Below, in pieces: positions 11,700 through 23,507 of a stretch of 64,000 bases of DNA (the first letter of the stretch is position 1; each line of letters starts with the position of its first letter). Both the position numbers and the translations under genes were made by a program. The notes under the pieces are model-generated. The model saw only the letters and a program-made list of their open reading frames with translations, searched no databases and was not told the DNA's origin. The stretch comes from Selaginella moellendorffii (Eukaryota; Plantae; Lycopodiophyta), in assembly GCF_000143415.4 (NCBI RefSeq), contig NW_003314332.1, positions 434,001 through 498,000 on the forward strand. Reading direction: 5' to 3'.

Positions 11700-14350
11700 G
11701 ACAAAGCTTAGGGCTAACGTAATAAGCTAGAGTGACTTAGGCAACTTAGAGGTGGGTAAGGAGCTTCTTTTTCTCTCTCGCTCTTTTCCTCTCATTCACT
11801 CTACACCTACACCTTAACTAAGATGCATCAACACTCCAGGCTTAGCTTCGAATTAATGTACGGCAACTCAAATGCCACCTAGGGCCGCACAAGAGCAAAC
11901 ACCATCATCGCCACCCACTAGGTCAAGTACACTTTTGATTGGGTGGAGTGATTTTGTCTTCACGCCACTGCCACAAGCCGTTGACTTCACTCTTGCACCA
12001 TTGACGCAAGATTTCTCTTGGGCACCTCCGTTGGCACTTTATTACGACTCCCAATCACATAACACCGAGTGTTTGGCCTACAAATCTCCATAGATGGCAA
12101 AAATGCCTAGGCAAGATGAGTATGTGGAGGAAATCTCATCTGGTGATGAGGAGTTAATTTATGGCCAAGTAAAGTTGTCTAGGGAGTTTATGCTTTATCC
12201 CTATAACAAGTTTTAGCTTAATGCTTTTAGGTTACTTGCCTATGCGGAACTTCTTAAAGGAGAAATAGCAGTCGAGCAAGGGATCGAGCTTATATGGAAA
12301 TGGTACCCAAAAGAGCATGTTTTTCTTTTTCACAAGTGAGTCTATCCCTTTGAACTCACCTAGTTTGCTTAAATTTTTCACCTAGACAACGAGGGTGAAA
12401 TAATCACAATGAGCAAGAAGGATCAGATGCTTGAACAATACGTCCTCCCAAACTACATATCTAGACGAGAAAGTAACTTCACCTATTTAAAGCCCGACTA
12501 TCATGCTAGGTTTAAGGTGTTGTGTGCCATCATTGACAAAAGGACGATTGTGCAAAATGCTAGGATCAAGATAGGCCGTCTGTTGGAAGCTATTGAGACT
12601 AGATGGCAAATAAATATAGCTCATTTTGCCTACAATAGATTTGTGGCCGAAATAAAAAATGTTGCCTTACATGTAGGCAAGGGAAGGCAAGTGAAAATAG
12701 GAGTCTTCATCTTTTTGTAGCACATCTACAAGCATTACACTGCTCAAATGGATCTTATGCCATTTAACCACCACCTCCAATATCTCCTCCGAGGGAGATA
12801 GCAAGGGATATGGAAGTGGAGGAAAATCCAGACAATATTGGTTCAAGTGAGGAAAATTCTCCTCTCAAAAAGAAACTCTACCTAGATCTAAAAATCCAAG
12901 CTACAAAACCTCCAAGGTTCATTCTACAGAAATCCAGTGGTCAAGTATGCCGCTGAAAAGTTAGGCGTGGCAAGTATGGTGATAAAATGCTATGCTTGGA
13001 TCAGGAACAAAGTTGTGACTCATCTATGTTTACAGAGACAATTCCAATGCCTATATAAATCTCTTCAAGCATCAGAGAAGTGATGAGTACACAAATGGAC
13101 AACACTAGGTGAATGGTGGATGCCAAAGTTATGGAAGAAATTCCAAAACTTAGGCCACAAGGTCCAATACATGATGTGCCTACAAATGTTGCAAAATCAT
13201 TGGTCGTAAATACAACTAATGAGGTGGGTTTAGGCCAAGAAGATCACGACATAAAAACTCAACAAGATGAAAAGGACAAGGCTACAAAAGAGGGTCTAGG
13301 TGAATTAGAGGAGTACATGCTAAGTTTTCTCTAGCCCACCTACACATCTGACAGCAACACACTCTCGGCCGACAAGTCTAGTGAGATGAGGCAGCCACAG
13401 CAGCAGCAGATGCTACAGCAATACTATAAGGTCAAGGCTAACCATGCCTTTGCACACAAGTCCACGAGTCAGCCTAATAAGCCAGTAGTTCAAAGCTTCA
13501 TAGAGGAGCTCACTCAATATATCAAAGGAGGCAAGTAGCCAATCGACAAGCTAATATAGCTGGTGGAAGACAAAGAAACAATGAAGTACCGTGTGCAAGT
13601 CTTGAGCTACCTCAAGACAAGCACTAAGAAAGTGGATGGAGTTATGGGTGAACAGAATCATTAGTGCCACATAATCCAAGAGCTCAAGAGTGCAATCCCG
13701 ACTTCCACATCCACCGATGTAGAGCGCATCAGTTGCTAGGACTAGCACATCACTATGCTCGACTAGGAGAATTAGATCATATATCAGGAACTCAACAATC
13801 TATGCCAAAGTGTTGAGCTTGTTACCAGGAAGATTAAGCTTAGCAACCTAGAGCAGGATTTAGAGAATCTGACTGGTTGAGGACAGGCAATAGCTTTGTT
13901 GTGGGGGAGTTATGAAGAGGTAAATGTTTTATCTTGTTTATCATCCCAAGTAGAGCAAAAAAGGAAAGCTTAAATGAAATGGATTTATACCGAAGTTTAG
14001 ATATCCAAAGAAGAAAGACCCAATCTAGGCAACACTTGTCATAGACAAATGTGAAGTAGTTATGAATGGTTATAAAATCATATCATATATACTAGAAAAC
14101 AACCCCCACTCATATTTGCATTAAATTAACCATCTTTTCTCCCACTTGTAACTGTTTGTGTAAAGTAGAGTTGAGAGAGTGATATATACTTATCCTTACT
14201 CACACCTTTAGAGTTTGAGGTTGAGTTCTTTTATTCTCTTCTTATATCCTTCTCCTTCTCTTTCTTCTACATTCTCGTTTTTGTTTGTTTGTTATTATTT
14301 TGCAAACAGAGGTGAGAACGTGAGCATAGGTAGAAAAAGCCTTAATCTAT
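11700..14350 (+). mobile_element. 3' part of an LTR retrotransposon: decayed extra ORF, PPT and LTR (family D)
   Basis: Broken coding frame 11872-13880; GTGGGGGAG at ~13901-13909; sequence 13910-14350 recurs inverted at ~37480-37932. Confidence 0.6.
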
Positions 14351-15962
14351 ATAGCTTCTTAATCACATGATAATATGTTATATGTTTGGCTAAAATAGAA
14401 GAGTCATAGTAAGTGTGGAAAAAGTGTAAAATGAAGATTAAAGACACCATCAGCCATAAATGTTCATCTAAATCAATTTCAACAAAATAAAAAAAAGTCA
14501 TCTTGAAGGCAATTTTTACAATATAAATGCCAACATAACAAAATATCAGCAAATGATTAAGGATTCTCAAATCCAATACTAAAGACTAGTTTAACCTTTG
14601 AGCCTCACCTATAGCAAGTAAATCTAATAATACATATTGTGGATATTAAATATTAAGCACAAAAACTACCAATAGCATAGAATCCATATTAAAAAAATCC
14701 ACTAACACTAAAAAAAAGTTTTGAAACAAAAGAAGAGAAAGAAGGGAGAGGAGATTAAGAAAGAGTATAAGTATCAACTATTAAACTCCCAGGACAATAA
14801 AAAATTTAGAAGTTGTAGACTTTATAACCCATTAAACAATATAGCCAACCAAGTTCTTTCATTTGAACAATAAACATGATCACTCTCAAGCAATATTCAA
14901 AAAACATGCAAGTATGGATGAAACCCTAGACAACTTTTCTCAATCATGGAATAATTCACCTCAGCTAGCTACAAAGTACAATTGATATATACAATAAGAT
15001 GATATTGACCAAACATACTTATACTCTCTTGCATCAATACACTCATGAGACTAATGTCAAAAACATCTACACACAATAAGAAAAAAACAAGTTTAATTAG
15101 GATACAACACTAAAAGAGTTGTTAACATATTTTTGAGATTTACAAATAACCACTTATAATCTTCAGATTAGATGAAAAATGATGTTGATGACTTTAGCAA
15201 AGCTTGTAATAGTGTAGTACAATAAGAAATATTGAATAAGAAATTGAGAATAATATTTTAATTGCTAAATTTTTTATAGAATCTAAAAATAGTTAGTCTT
15301 ATTATAAACTTTTCATAAAAGAAAACTCATTATACTTTTTTAAAAAAGGTATAAAAGCCTAAATTATAAAAAGTAGTATTATTTTTTATTTTTACTTTTA
15401 GAAATTCTTCTAAAAAGCTTTAACCAAAAGGGAAAAGTAACTGAATATAAATCATAAAACTTGAAATTGAAGGATGATTTGCCTAATCAATATGTATCAT
15501 GTAATTATAACTATAGTGATGTTACTTCTATTTCAAATTGCCCATGTTAAATCACCCCCTCCTCACCCATACCGAATTCAGCCTCTTACAATCTTTCGTA
15601 GAAATCTCCACACATTATCATTGTCACGATTTCAAAGTAGTATGGTAGAACTTGTTAGACATATTTTTAGTGAATACAATGACAACAATCCAATTTCAAT
15701 AGGAGGGTCAGTTTTAGATATAAGGTTTGGTGACAACACTAGGCTAAGTTTCTATTTGTATGTGAATGCCCCTTTAGTTGTAAATAATCAGTTTCTAATA
15801 TGTGTTTCTGATCCCTTAATCCCCATGAACTTTCATCCGACATATGTACGGAATTCACTCATGCGAATTGCTGCACGGATTTTTATTGATGCTGCTAGCA
15901 ATGCAACTCGATTGAATTTTTGTGGACGCATACGCATTGAGTTTTTGAACTTTGCAATCAGC

Positions 15963-17125
15963 TGTAAGCCACAAATTTTTCCTTTTCAACTTGCCAGCTT
16001 ACCTCGCCTATCCGACCAACTCTGCCTTGGCTTGTGCTAAGTTCCCTCTCCAAGGTTCTCGCTTATGGTGCCAGCTCCTACTTGGTTTCAGCTACTTACT
16101 GCATGAGCAACGGAGTGTTAGCCATCCATCTACGGATTCCCAAATCTCTCCCAATCCCCCTCCCCGGGTTAGACTGGACTTAAGGTTCGGCTACACTCCC
16201 CGCAGGCACAAGCAGCCAAGCACACCAAGCCTCCAGATTCCTAACACCCCAAGGTACCACAAGGCTTGATCATGGGACCCTCTAAATCCCAAGCCTTGGG
16301 TGCAGCACTTGCTTCGGGACGTCGGGGCGAAACACCGTGGCCTAACGGCCCGGTATGGGTACCTCTACCCCCCCCACTTCCATCCCGAAGGGAAGGCCCA
16401 AGCCCCCGGAAGGGCGCGGACCAATGAGCCACAAGGTACTCAAGTGGGGCACCACTCCACCTGAGCCGGGAGCACCGCAGTCGGTTTCCCTTTCGGGAGT
16501 GGGAGCTGCTCTTGAGCACTTCCTTGGATGGCCCCTCCGGCACCAGCCAAGTCCATGCTCACTCCCACCCAAGGCCCTTCGGTCCCAGTCCCAACCTCAA
16601 GTCGGTTTGGAAGCCCAACTGGAGAGTCCCTTCTAAACTGGTTCCTGGACCTCACTATCCCTACTATACTTTTGGAACCCCCTGCAGCCCCCCCCCCCTG
16701 GGAGACGCACGCTTTGGGCTTTCACCCCTTGACCCGTATTAGTATTTGGACTTAGTCTCTGGCTCGATCTCGGACCCAATTTCGGATCCGACTTCGGATT
16801 CGGGTTCGGACTCGATCACGGACTCGATCTCGGACCCGACCTCGGACCCGACCTCGGACCCGACCTCGGACTCGACCTCGGACTCGGTCTTGGACCCGAT
16901 TTCGGATCTCGGACTCCGTCTCGAACTCGGTCTCGAACTCGGACTCGAACTCGGTCCCCGAGTCGGTCTCGGACTCGATTCCGGACTCTATCTCGAACTC
17001 GGTCCTAGAGTCGGTCTTGGACTCGATCCTCGACTTGGTCCCATCCGATGAACTCTTTGTCATTTCGGTCAAGCTTTTTTGGGGATCCTTTAGCCTACGA
17101 CATCTCGGGGAGTCGGTTCCTTACA
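15963..17125 (-). repeat. 3' LTR (1163 bp)
   Basis: TGTAAG...CTTACA; direct repeat of 22359-23507; adjacent G-rich PPT-like GGGTGGTGGAGT on minus. Confidence 0.98.
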
Positions 17126-17430
17126 ACTCCACCACCCATAGAAGAAGTTCGATGCCCACATCGAACGTCTCGTTTTATCCTACGACTTGTTGTCCATGTC
17201 TCCGGGGGCATCCCCCCACTTAGCGGTGTGCCTAAGTTAGCCTCCCCGGCCAAGAGCCCATGACAACGGAATATAGGTGTCCCTATACTCCTCACCTCAC
17301 CACGCCCTAGTATAGGGTCGGGACTTGAACCCAGCCTTGCTTTACTAGGGGGTTGGGACTCGAACCCAACCTCCGTAGAATACGTTTACGGATTCGACAT
17401 CTCCGCGGGGAGTCGGGCGTAGTGCCCTAC
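17126..17430 (-). other. Structured 3' UTR with multiple hairpins including two tRNA T-arm-like loops
   Basis: Inverted repeats at 17147-17166, 17307-17348, 17316-17336, 17351-17371, 17372-17392, 17395-17415. Confidence 0.65.
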
Positions 17431-17910
17431 ACCTGGTCAACCTATCCAACCCATGCTAATTAGCTTACCTTTGGCGCGCCTTCGGGTCCCAACATATGCC
17501 ACTTGCTCAACTTTGCAAATTGATATTTTTAATTGAATTTTGCATAAGTACATAGAGTTCTGCCTTGCAGAAATTCCTCCACTAGATCTCGCGCGTTCGC
17601 TAGGTTCTCCTCCGGTTCCCATGTTGCTTCGCAGTGTGGAAATCCTTTCCACTTCACATGGAACTCTCTCACCTCGCGTCCTTGTCGCTTGCTCTTGTGC
17701 GCATTGAGGATGGCCTCGACTTCGTATTCCTCTTCCCCTTGGATAACCTTAGGTAAAGGTCTTACTTGGTCCTTGCAAAGCGGATCCTCAAAGTACGGCT
17801 TGAGTAAGTTCACATGGAACACTGGGTGCATCTTCCCCATCTCTCGAGGAAGTCGGAGTCGGTAAGCCACTTTACCGATTCGTGCCTCAATCTCGTAAGG
17901 CCCCGCGAAC

Positions 17911-17962
17911 CTGCTTAAGGAACTCAAGATCAATTCATTTACAGGAATACATGCATTTTTAC
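17911..17962 (-). other. Spliceosomal-type intron (52 nt) in the integrase GPY/F region
   Basis: CAAAG|GTAAAA...TAAGCAG|GTTC; splicing gives RKLTQRFAGPYE. Confidence 0.85.
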
Positions 17963-18380
17963 CTTTGGGTCAACTTTCGGCTGATCCCACTTGGTAGCCT
18001 GAGGTTCTTGGTGTTCAGCCACACCTTCTCCCCAGCTTGGAACTCTACATCTCGGCGTTTTAGGTTCGCGTACTTGGTTTGCCTTTGTTGAGCCCGTTCC
18101 AAGGAATCCCTCACTAGATTCCAAATGTTGAGTCTTTCCGCCGTGAATGCCTCCACTGCGGGTAACTCTCCATGATACTCGGCCACGCCGAGTTCCACAG
18201 GACCTTCAATAGCTCGCCCATTGATGACTTCCCATGGACTCACCCCGATACTCGAATGTGGTGAGTTGTTATAACACATTTCCGCAAGTCCCAAATGACT
18301 TACCCAATCGGTTTGGTCTCCCGAGACATAGCATCGCAAATAATCCTCCAGCTGCCTATTCACCCTTTCCGTTTGTCCGT

Positions 18381-18426
18381 CTGTCAAGAAGTGTTAGTGC
18401 CAACAACTTGACTCAATACCCCATAC
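18381..18426 (-). other. Spliceosomal-type intron (46 nt) in the integrase catalytic core
   Basis: ACAG|GTATGG...CACTAAC...TTGACAG|ACGG; splicing gives AYHPQTDGQTERVN. Confidence 0.88.
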
Positions 18427-21400
18427 CTGTTTGTGGGTGATAGGCTGTGCTGAATTTCAACTTGGTGCGATACTGTTCCAGGAGAGTCCTCCAGAACCTA
18501 CTGGTGAAGATCTTATCTCGATCTGAGATGATCTCTTCCGGTCTTCCCCGCACTCGAACCACTTGTTCGAAGAACAGCTTTGCCACACCTTCCGCATCCA
18601 CCTCTGTTGTGGTGGGTATGAAGTGTGCCATTTTCGAAAATCGGTCCACCACCACGAATATCGCATCAAACCCCTCACTTGGGGGGAGTCCCGTGATGAA
18701 GTCCATCGTAAGACATTTCCACGGGCGATCTGGAATTGGGATGCTTTGCAACAAGCCCCCACTAGCCTTGGTCACGGCTTTTACCTGCTAACATGTTGGA
18801 CATGTCTTTACATAGTCTTGGACGTCCTTAGCCATATCTGGCCAATGGTACTTCCTTTTGAGTAAGCCCATCGTCTTGGGCACTCCACCGTGTCCCGCAA
18901 GAGGTCCGTCATGACACTCTTCTAAGGCCACCTTCCTTAGTTCCCCTTCTGGAACATACACCCTCGTTTGCTTGTAATAAATGAGTCCGTTGCGTTCTGC
19001 ATAGCCCGTTTTCTCTTCCGTTGGCAGCTCACCTCTCTGGTGAGCTTCCCGCGCCTCTAGATTCCTCAGCAACACTTCCTGTGCTAGACCATCATTCTCA
19101 TATGCTGTCCGCACATCGTCCCAGAAGGTTGCTGTTCGCTGGATATTGCCAACTTCAAGCTCGCTTTTCGACTTAGCACATCCGCCACGATGTTGCTCTT
19201 CCCAGGCTTGTACAGAATTTCGCAATCAAACTCGGCCAAGGCATTGGCCCACCGACCTTGTTTCCCTCTTAGGTCGGGCTGTGACAAGAAGTGTTTCGTT
19301 GCCACATTGTCCGTGTAAACCTTGAAGTGTCTCCCAAGGTAGTGTCGCCACTCCTTGAGTGCCTTGACCACCGCAAACAATTCCTTCTCATGGGCAGGCC
19401 ACTTCCGTTGAGCCTTGTCCAGCTTCTTCGAGAAGAACGCTACCGGATGGTTGTCTTGCTTCAAAACTGCGCCCAACGCAAAGTCCGAAGCATCCGTTTC
19501 TACCTCAAAGTCCTTACCAAAGTCTGGTAATGCCAATACGGGAGCCTTCCTCAACTTCCCTTTGAGGTGGACGAATGCCGCCTCGCATTCCGCTGTCCAC
19601 ACCATCTTCCCTTTTCCTGTTTGGTCCGTTAAGGGCAGGGCTACTCTCGAATAGTGTCTGATAAACTTTCGATAGTAGTTGCATAGCCCCAGGAATGCCC
19701 TCAACTCATGTACATTGGCTGGTCGCTCCCATTCCTAGATCGCTTGGACCTTCTCCAGGTCCACCTTGAGCCCATCCTGGCCCACCACATGCCCGAGAAA
19801 CTTTACCTCTTGTTGAGCAAAGTCACATTTGCTCTCCTTAGCATACAGCTTGTGTTCCCTTAGTTTCTCAAACACCTTCACCAAGTGTTCGGCATGCTCC
19901 TCTAGCGTTTCGCTATAGATCAGGATGTCGTCGATATAGACGACCACGAAGTGATCCAGATAGGGTACAAAGATGTGGTTCATTAGCGCCGAAAACGTTG
20001 CCGGCGCATTACATAGCCCGAAGGGCATCACCAAAAACTCAAAGCTCCCATACCTTGTTCGACAGGTTGTCTTCTTGACATCTTCCTCGACTACCCTGAT
20101 CTGGTAGTATCCTGACCTTAGGTCAATCCTCGAGAAGTATTTTGCCTTTCCCAACCTATCGAACAGGTCCTCAATCCTTGGCAAAGGGTACTTGTTCTTC
20201 TTTGTATACTTGTTGAGCAACCGGTAGTCTATGCACATGCGCATAGATCCATCTTTCTTTTTCACAAATAACACCGGCGCCCCCTACGGCGACTTGCTCA
20301 ACCTAACATACCCTTTGTCCACCAACTCCTCTAGTTGGCACTTGAGCTCCTTGAGTTCTTTTTCGTTCAAACGATAAGGGGGACGAACCACTGCCTCAGC
20401 ACCCTCGACCAGCTCAATCTTATATTCTATCGGTCGTGCTGGGGGTAGCCCCGCCGGTAGCTCTTCCGGCATGGTATCCTGGAATTGGTCCAACACCCGC
20501 TGGATCACTAAAGGTACTTCTTCCATTCCTGTCTTTTTGTCACTCTTCACCGAGAGTAAGCACAAAAAGGCCGCCTTAGTTCCTTTAGTGAGTTGTCCTC
20601 TCGTGGACACCAGGTTTAAGCAAGAATCTTTGGCCTTGCTTTGCCCTACCTTTAGATCTTGGGCCTCCACCCTAGATCTTCTTCCTTGGGCATTCGCCAG
20701 TACCACAAGGTTTCTACCTTGACCATGCAGGGCTACCACGAATCGATTGAACCAGTCCATTCCGAAGATCACGTCAAATCCCACCATGTCCAACATGGTG
20801 AAATCCATGTCCACCTTCCAAGTCCCCACTTCGACTCTCGCTTGTCGAAGTACTTCATCGGTGCTTTGGCTACCTTGAACAAACTCTATAGTCCTTGGTT
20901 CGCCTAGCCGCTGCACCGTTAGTCCGGCTTGCCGGACTATGTCTGCAGCCACAAAATTATCTAAAGCACCCGTGTCAATAAGGATCTTAACAAAGCTACC
21001 TCCGAGCTTCCCTCGGAGGGCTAGAAGATGTCGCGAACGACTCTCTACCAAAGTTGCTCGTGTAATGAGTAACTTTGAGTTAGGGACTGGATCACATACC
21101 TCATTTTGGACTTCACCCGACTTGATGGCCATATTGGCTCTGGCCTTCTTCGGGTAGGGACATTCCCTCGAGAAGTGTCCCGCTTCACCACAGTTGTAGC
21201 ATACGTTGTTTCCCACGCTGCTATATGACTTGACCTTCTTATCCGTGGGTTTGTCTCCTTTTGCTTGACTCCCCCACGTACTCGCTCGTTGGCCCCCGGA
21301 TTTGCCTTTCCGGAACCCCGAGGACTCATTCTTAGAGAAACTCCTCTTGAATTTCCCTCTGCTAAATGTTCCCCTTGGTTTGGCCCCTTTGCTGAACGTG

Positions 21401-22343
21401 GATCCCGACCCCGTCGTGTTCCCCTTTCGCAAGTTATCGTTGAAATGCACCTTGATGGCTGCATCCAACGCTTCCTTGTAGTTGGTCGGGTTCCACCGCA
21501 TTACTTCGCCGTGAGCCCAGGTTTGCAAACCTGATATGAAGGCATGGAACGCATCCATATCCCCCATGTCCGTGACAAGTATCCTCTTTGCCATAAACCC
21601 ATTCACATACTCCTGAATGGTTCCGGTCTGCTTCAGCCTACTCAGCTCGTCCCTTAGGTGCAGAGTAGCATTCGGAGGAACGTAAGTTGTGCGGATCCTC
21701 GCCTTCATCATTTCCCAAGTGGCCACCGGTCCTTCGTTGGCCTCCGTTGTTCTCCACCAAGACTTGGCATTATCTGCCAAGTATGGTTTTGCACATGGGA
21801 CCTTTTCCGAGCTCGGTAATCGCAACGCTCGGAAGTAGTCCTCCATATCGTAAAACCAATCCTCCACCACCTTATAGTCGTTCACTCCCTTGAAGACCGG
21901 TGGGGGCTTTGGTTTGTACTTGGGAACTGCCTGAGGGACTGATTCCACTTCGGTCTGTTCGACCTTGTCTGGTTTTGCCTCAGTCCCTGCCGAAGGGTCC
22001 GCACCTTCTGCGCTGCCAGCATCCGCAGTCTTTTGCTTTTTCTTCCGCTTCTCGTCACGCTTTAGCTTGCGTACGAGAGTCTCTAGCAAGGCATTGGTCT
22101 ATGCCAATTGTCCTTCTAGAACATCCAATCGAGCCTTGGACGACCGAACCTCACCACCGGACTCCTGTTTGGAAGTTGCCTCACTGGAGTCCTCCTCATG
22201 CAAGGATTCCTCATCCATCGCCTCCTGTTCGACTGGAGGCTCCAGCTCTGGAGGAGGTTCCGTCTCTGCCTGGGTTCGCTTACGTCCTGCCCTTGCCATC
22301 TCCCAGCAATCCGCCTCTATCCTTCGCTAGAACTGAGGAAGAG

Positions 22344-22355
22344 GCTCCGATACCA
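22344..22355 (-). promoter_or_regulatory. Primer binding site (initiator Met tRNA type)
   Basis: TGGTATCGGAGC on minus, 3 nt from the 5' LTR. Confidence 0.92.
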
Positions 22356-22358
22356 AAT

Positions 22359-23507
22359 TGTAAGCCACAAATTTTTCCTTTTCAACTTGCCAGCTTACCT
22401 CGCCTATCCGACCAACTCTGCCTTGGCTTGTGCTAAGTTCCCTCGCCAAGGTTCTCGCCTATGGTGCCAGCTCCTACTTGGTTTCAGCTACTTACTACAT
22501 GAGCAACGGAGTGTTAGCCATCCATCTACGGATTCCCAAATCTCTCCCAATCCCCCTCCCCGGGTTAGACTGGACTTAAGGTTCGGCTACACTCCCCGCA
22601 GGCACAAGCAGCCAAGCACACCAAGCCTCCAGATTCCTAACACCCCAAGGTACCACAAGGCTTGATCATGGGACCCTCTAAATCCCAAGCCTTGGGTGCA
22701 GCACTTGCTTCGGGACGTCGGGGCGAAACACCGTGGCCTAACGGCCCGGTATGGGTACCTCTACCCCCCCACTTCCATCCCGAAGGGAAGGCCCAAGCCC
22801 CCGGAAGGGCGAGGACCAATGAGCCACAAGGTACTCAAGTGGGGCACCACTCCACCTGAGCCGGGAGCACCGCAGTCGGTTTCCCTTTCGGGAGTGGGAG
22901 CTGCTCTTGAGCACTTCCTTGGATGGCCCCTCCGGCACCAGCCAAGTCCATGCTCACTCCCACCTAAGGCCCTTCGGTCCCAGTCCCAACCTCAAGTCGG
23001 TTTGGAAGCCCAACTGGAGAGTCCCTTCTAAACTGGTTCCTGGACCTCACTATCCCTACTATACTTTTGGAACCCCCTGCAGCCCCCCCCCCTGGGAGAC
23101 GCACGCTTTGGGCTTTCACCCCTTGACCCGTATTAGTATTTGGACTTAGTCTCTGGCTCGATCTCGGACCCAATTTCGGATCCGACTTCGGATTCGGGTT
23201 CGGACTCGATCACGGACTCGATCTCGGACCCGATCTCGGACCCGACCTCGGACTCGACCTCGGACTCGGTCTTGGACCCGATTTCGGATCTCGGACTCCG
23301 TCTCAAACTCGGTCTCGAACTCGGACTCGAACTCGGTCCCCGAGTCGGTCTCGGACTCGATTCCGGACTCTATCTCGAACTCGGTCCTAGAGTCGGTCTT
23401 GGACTCGATCCTCGACTTGGTCCCATCCGATGAACTCTTTGTCATTTCGGTCAAGCTTTTTTGGGGATCCTTTAGCCTACGACATCTCGGGGAGTCGGTT
23501 CCTTACA
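22359..23507 (-). repeat. 5' LTR (1149 bp)
   Basis: Direct repeat of 15963-17125; about 7 substitutions, two C-run indels and one 12-bp unit difference counted by eye. Confidence 0.98.

Larger units (their letters stand above)
17529..22299 (-). pseudogene. Chromovirus gag-pol polyprotein with four premature TAG stops, one frameshift and two introns
   Basis: ATG at 22299; TAG at 22099, 20284, 19735, 18788; 1-nt deletion near 19137; chromodomain EYEVEAIL...VKWKGF...ATWEPEENL at ~17590-17735. Confidence 0.93.
15963..23507 (-). mobile_element. Full-length Ty3/gypsy chromovirus (Galadriel/Tcn1-like), recent insertion, coding-defective
   Basis: Near-identical LTRs; TSD TCAGC (15958-15962, 23508-23512); PBS; gag with CYNCGEAGHFSREC, protease IDTGA, RT YIDD, RNase H, integrase, chromodomain. 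Confidence 0.98.

Noticed and set aside
17316-17415. True tRNA gene or hammerhead ribozyme
   Set aside because: No acceptor stem, D-arm or A-box at proper spacing, and no CTGATGA/GAAA core; kept only as T-arm-like hairpins
19130-19170. Programmed frameshift between RNase H and integrase
   Set aside because: The old copy (~34570-34620) has the extra base and stays in frame, so this is a 1-nt deletion
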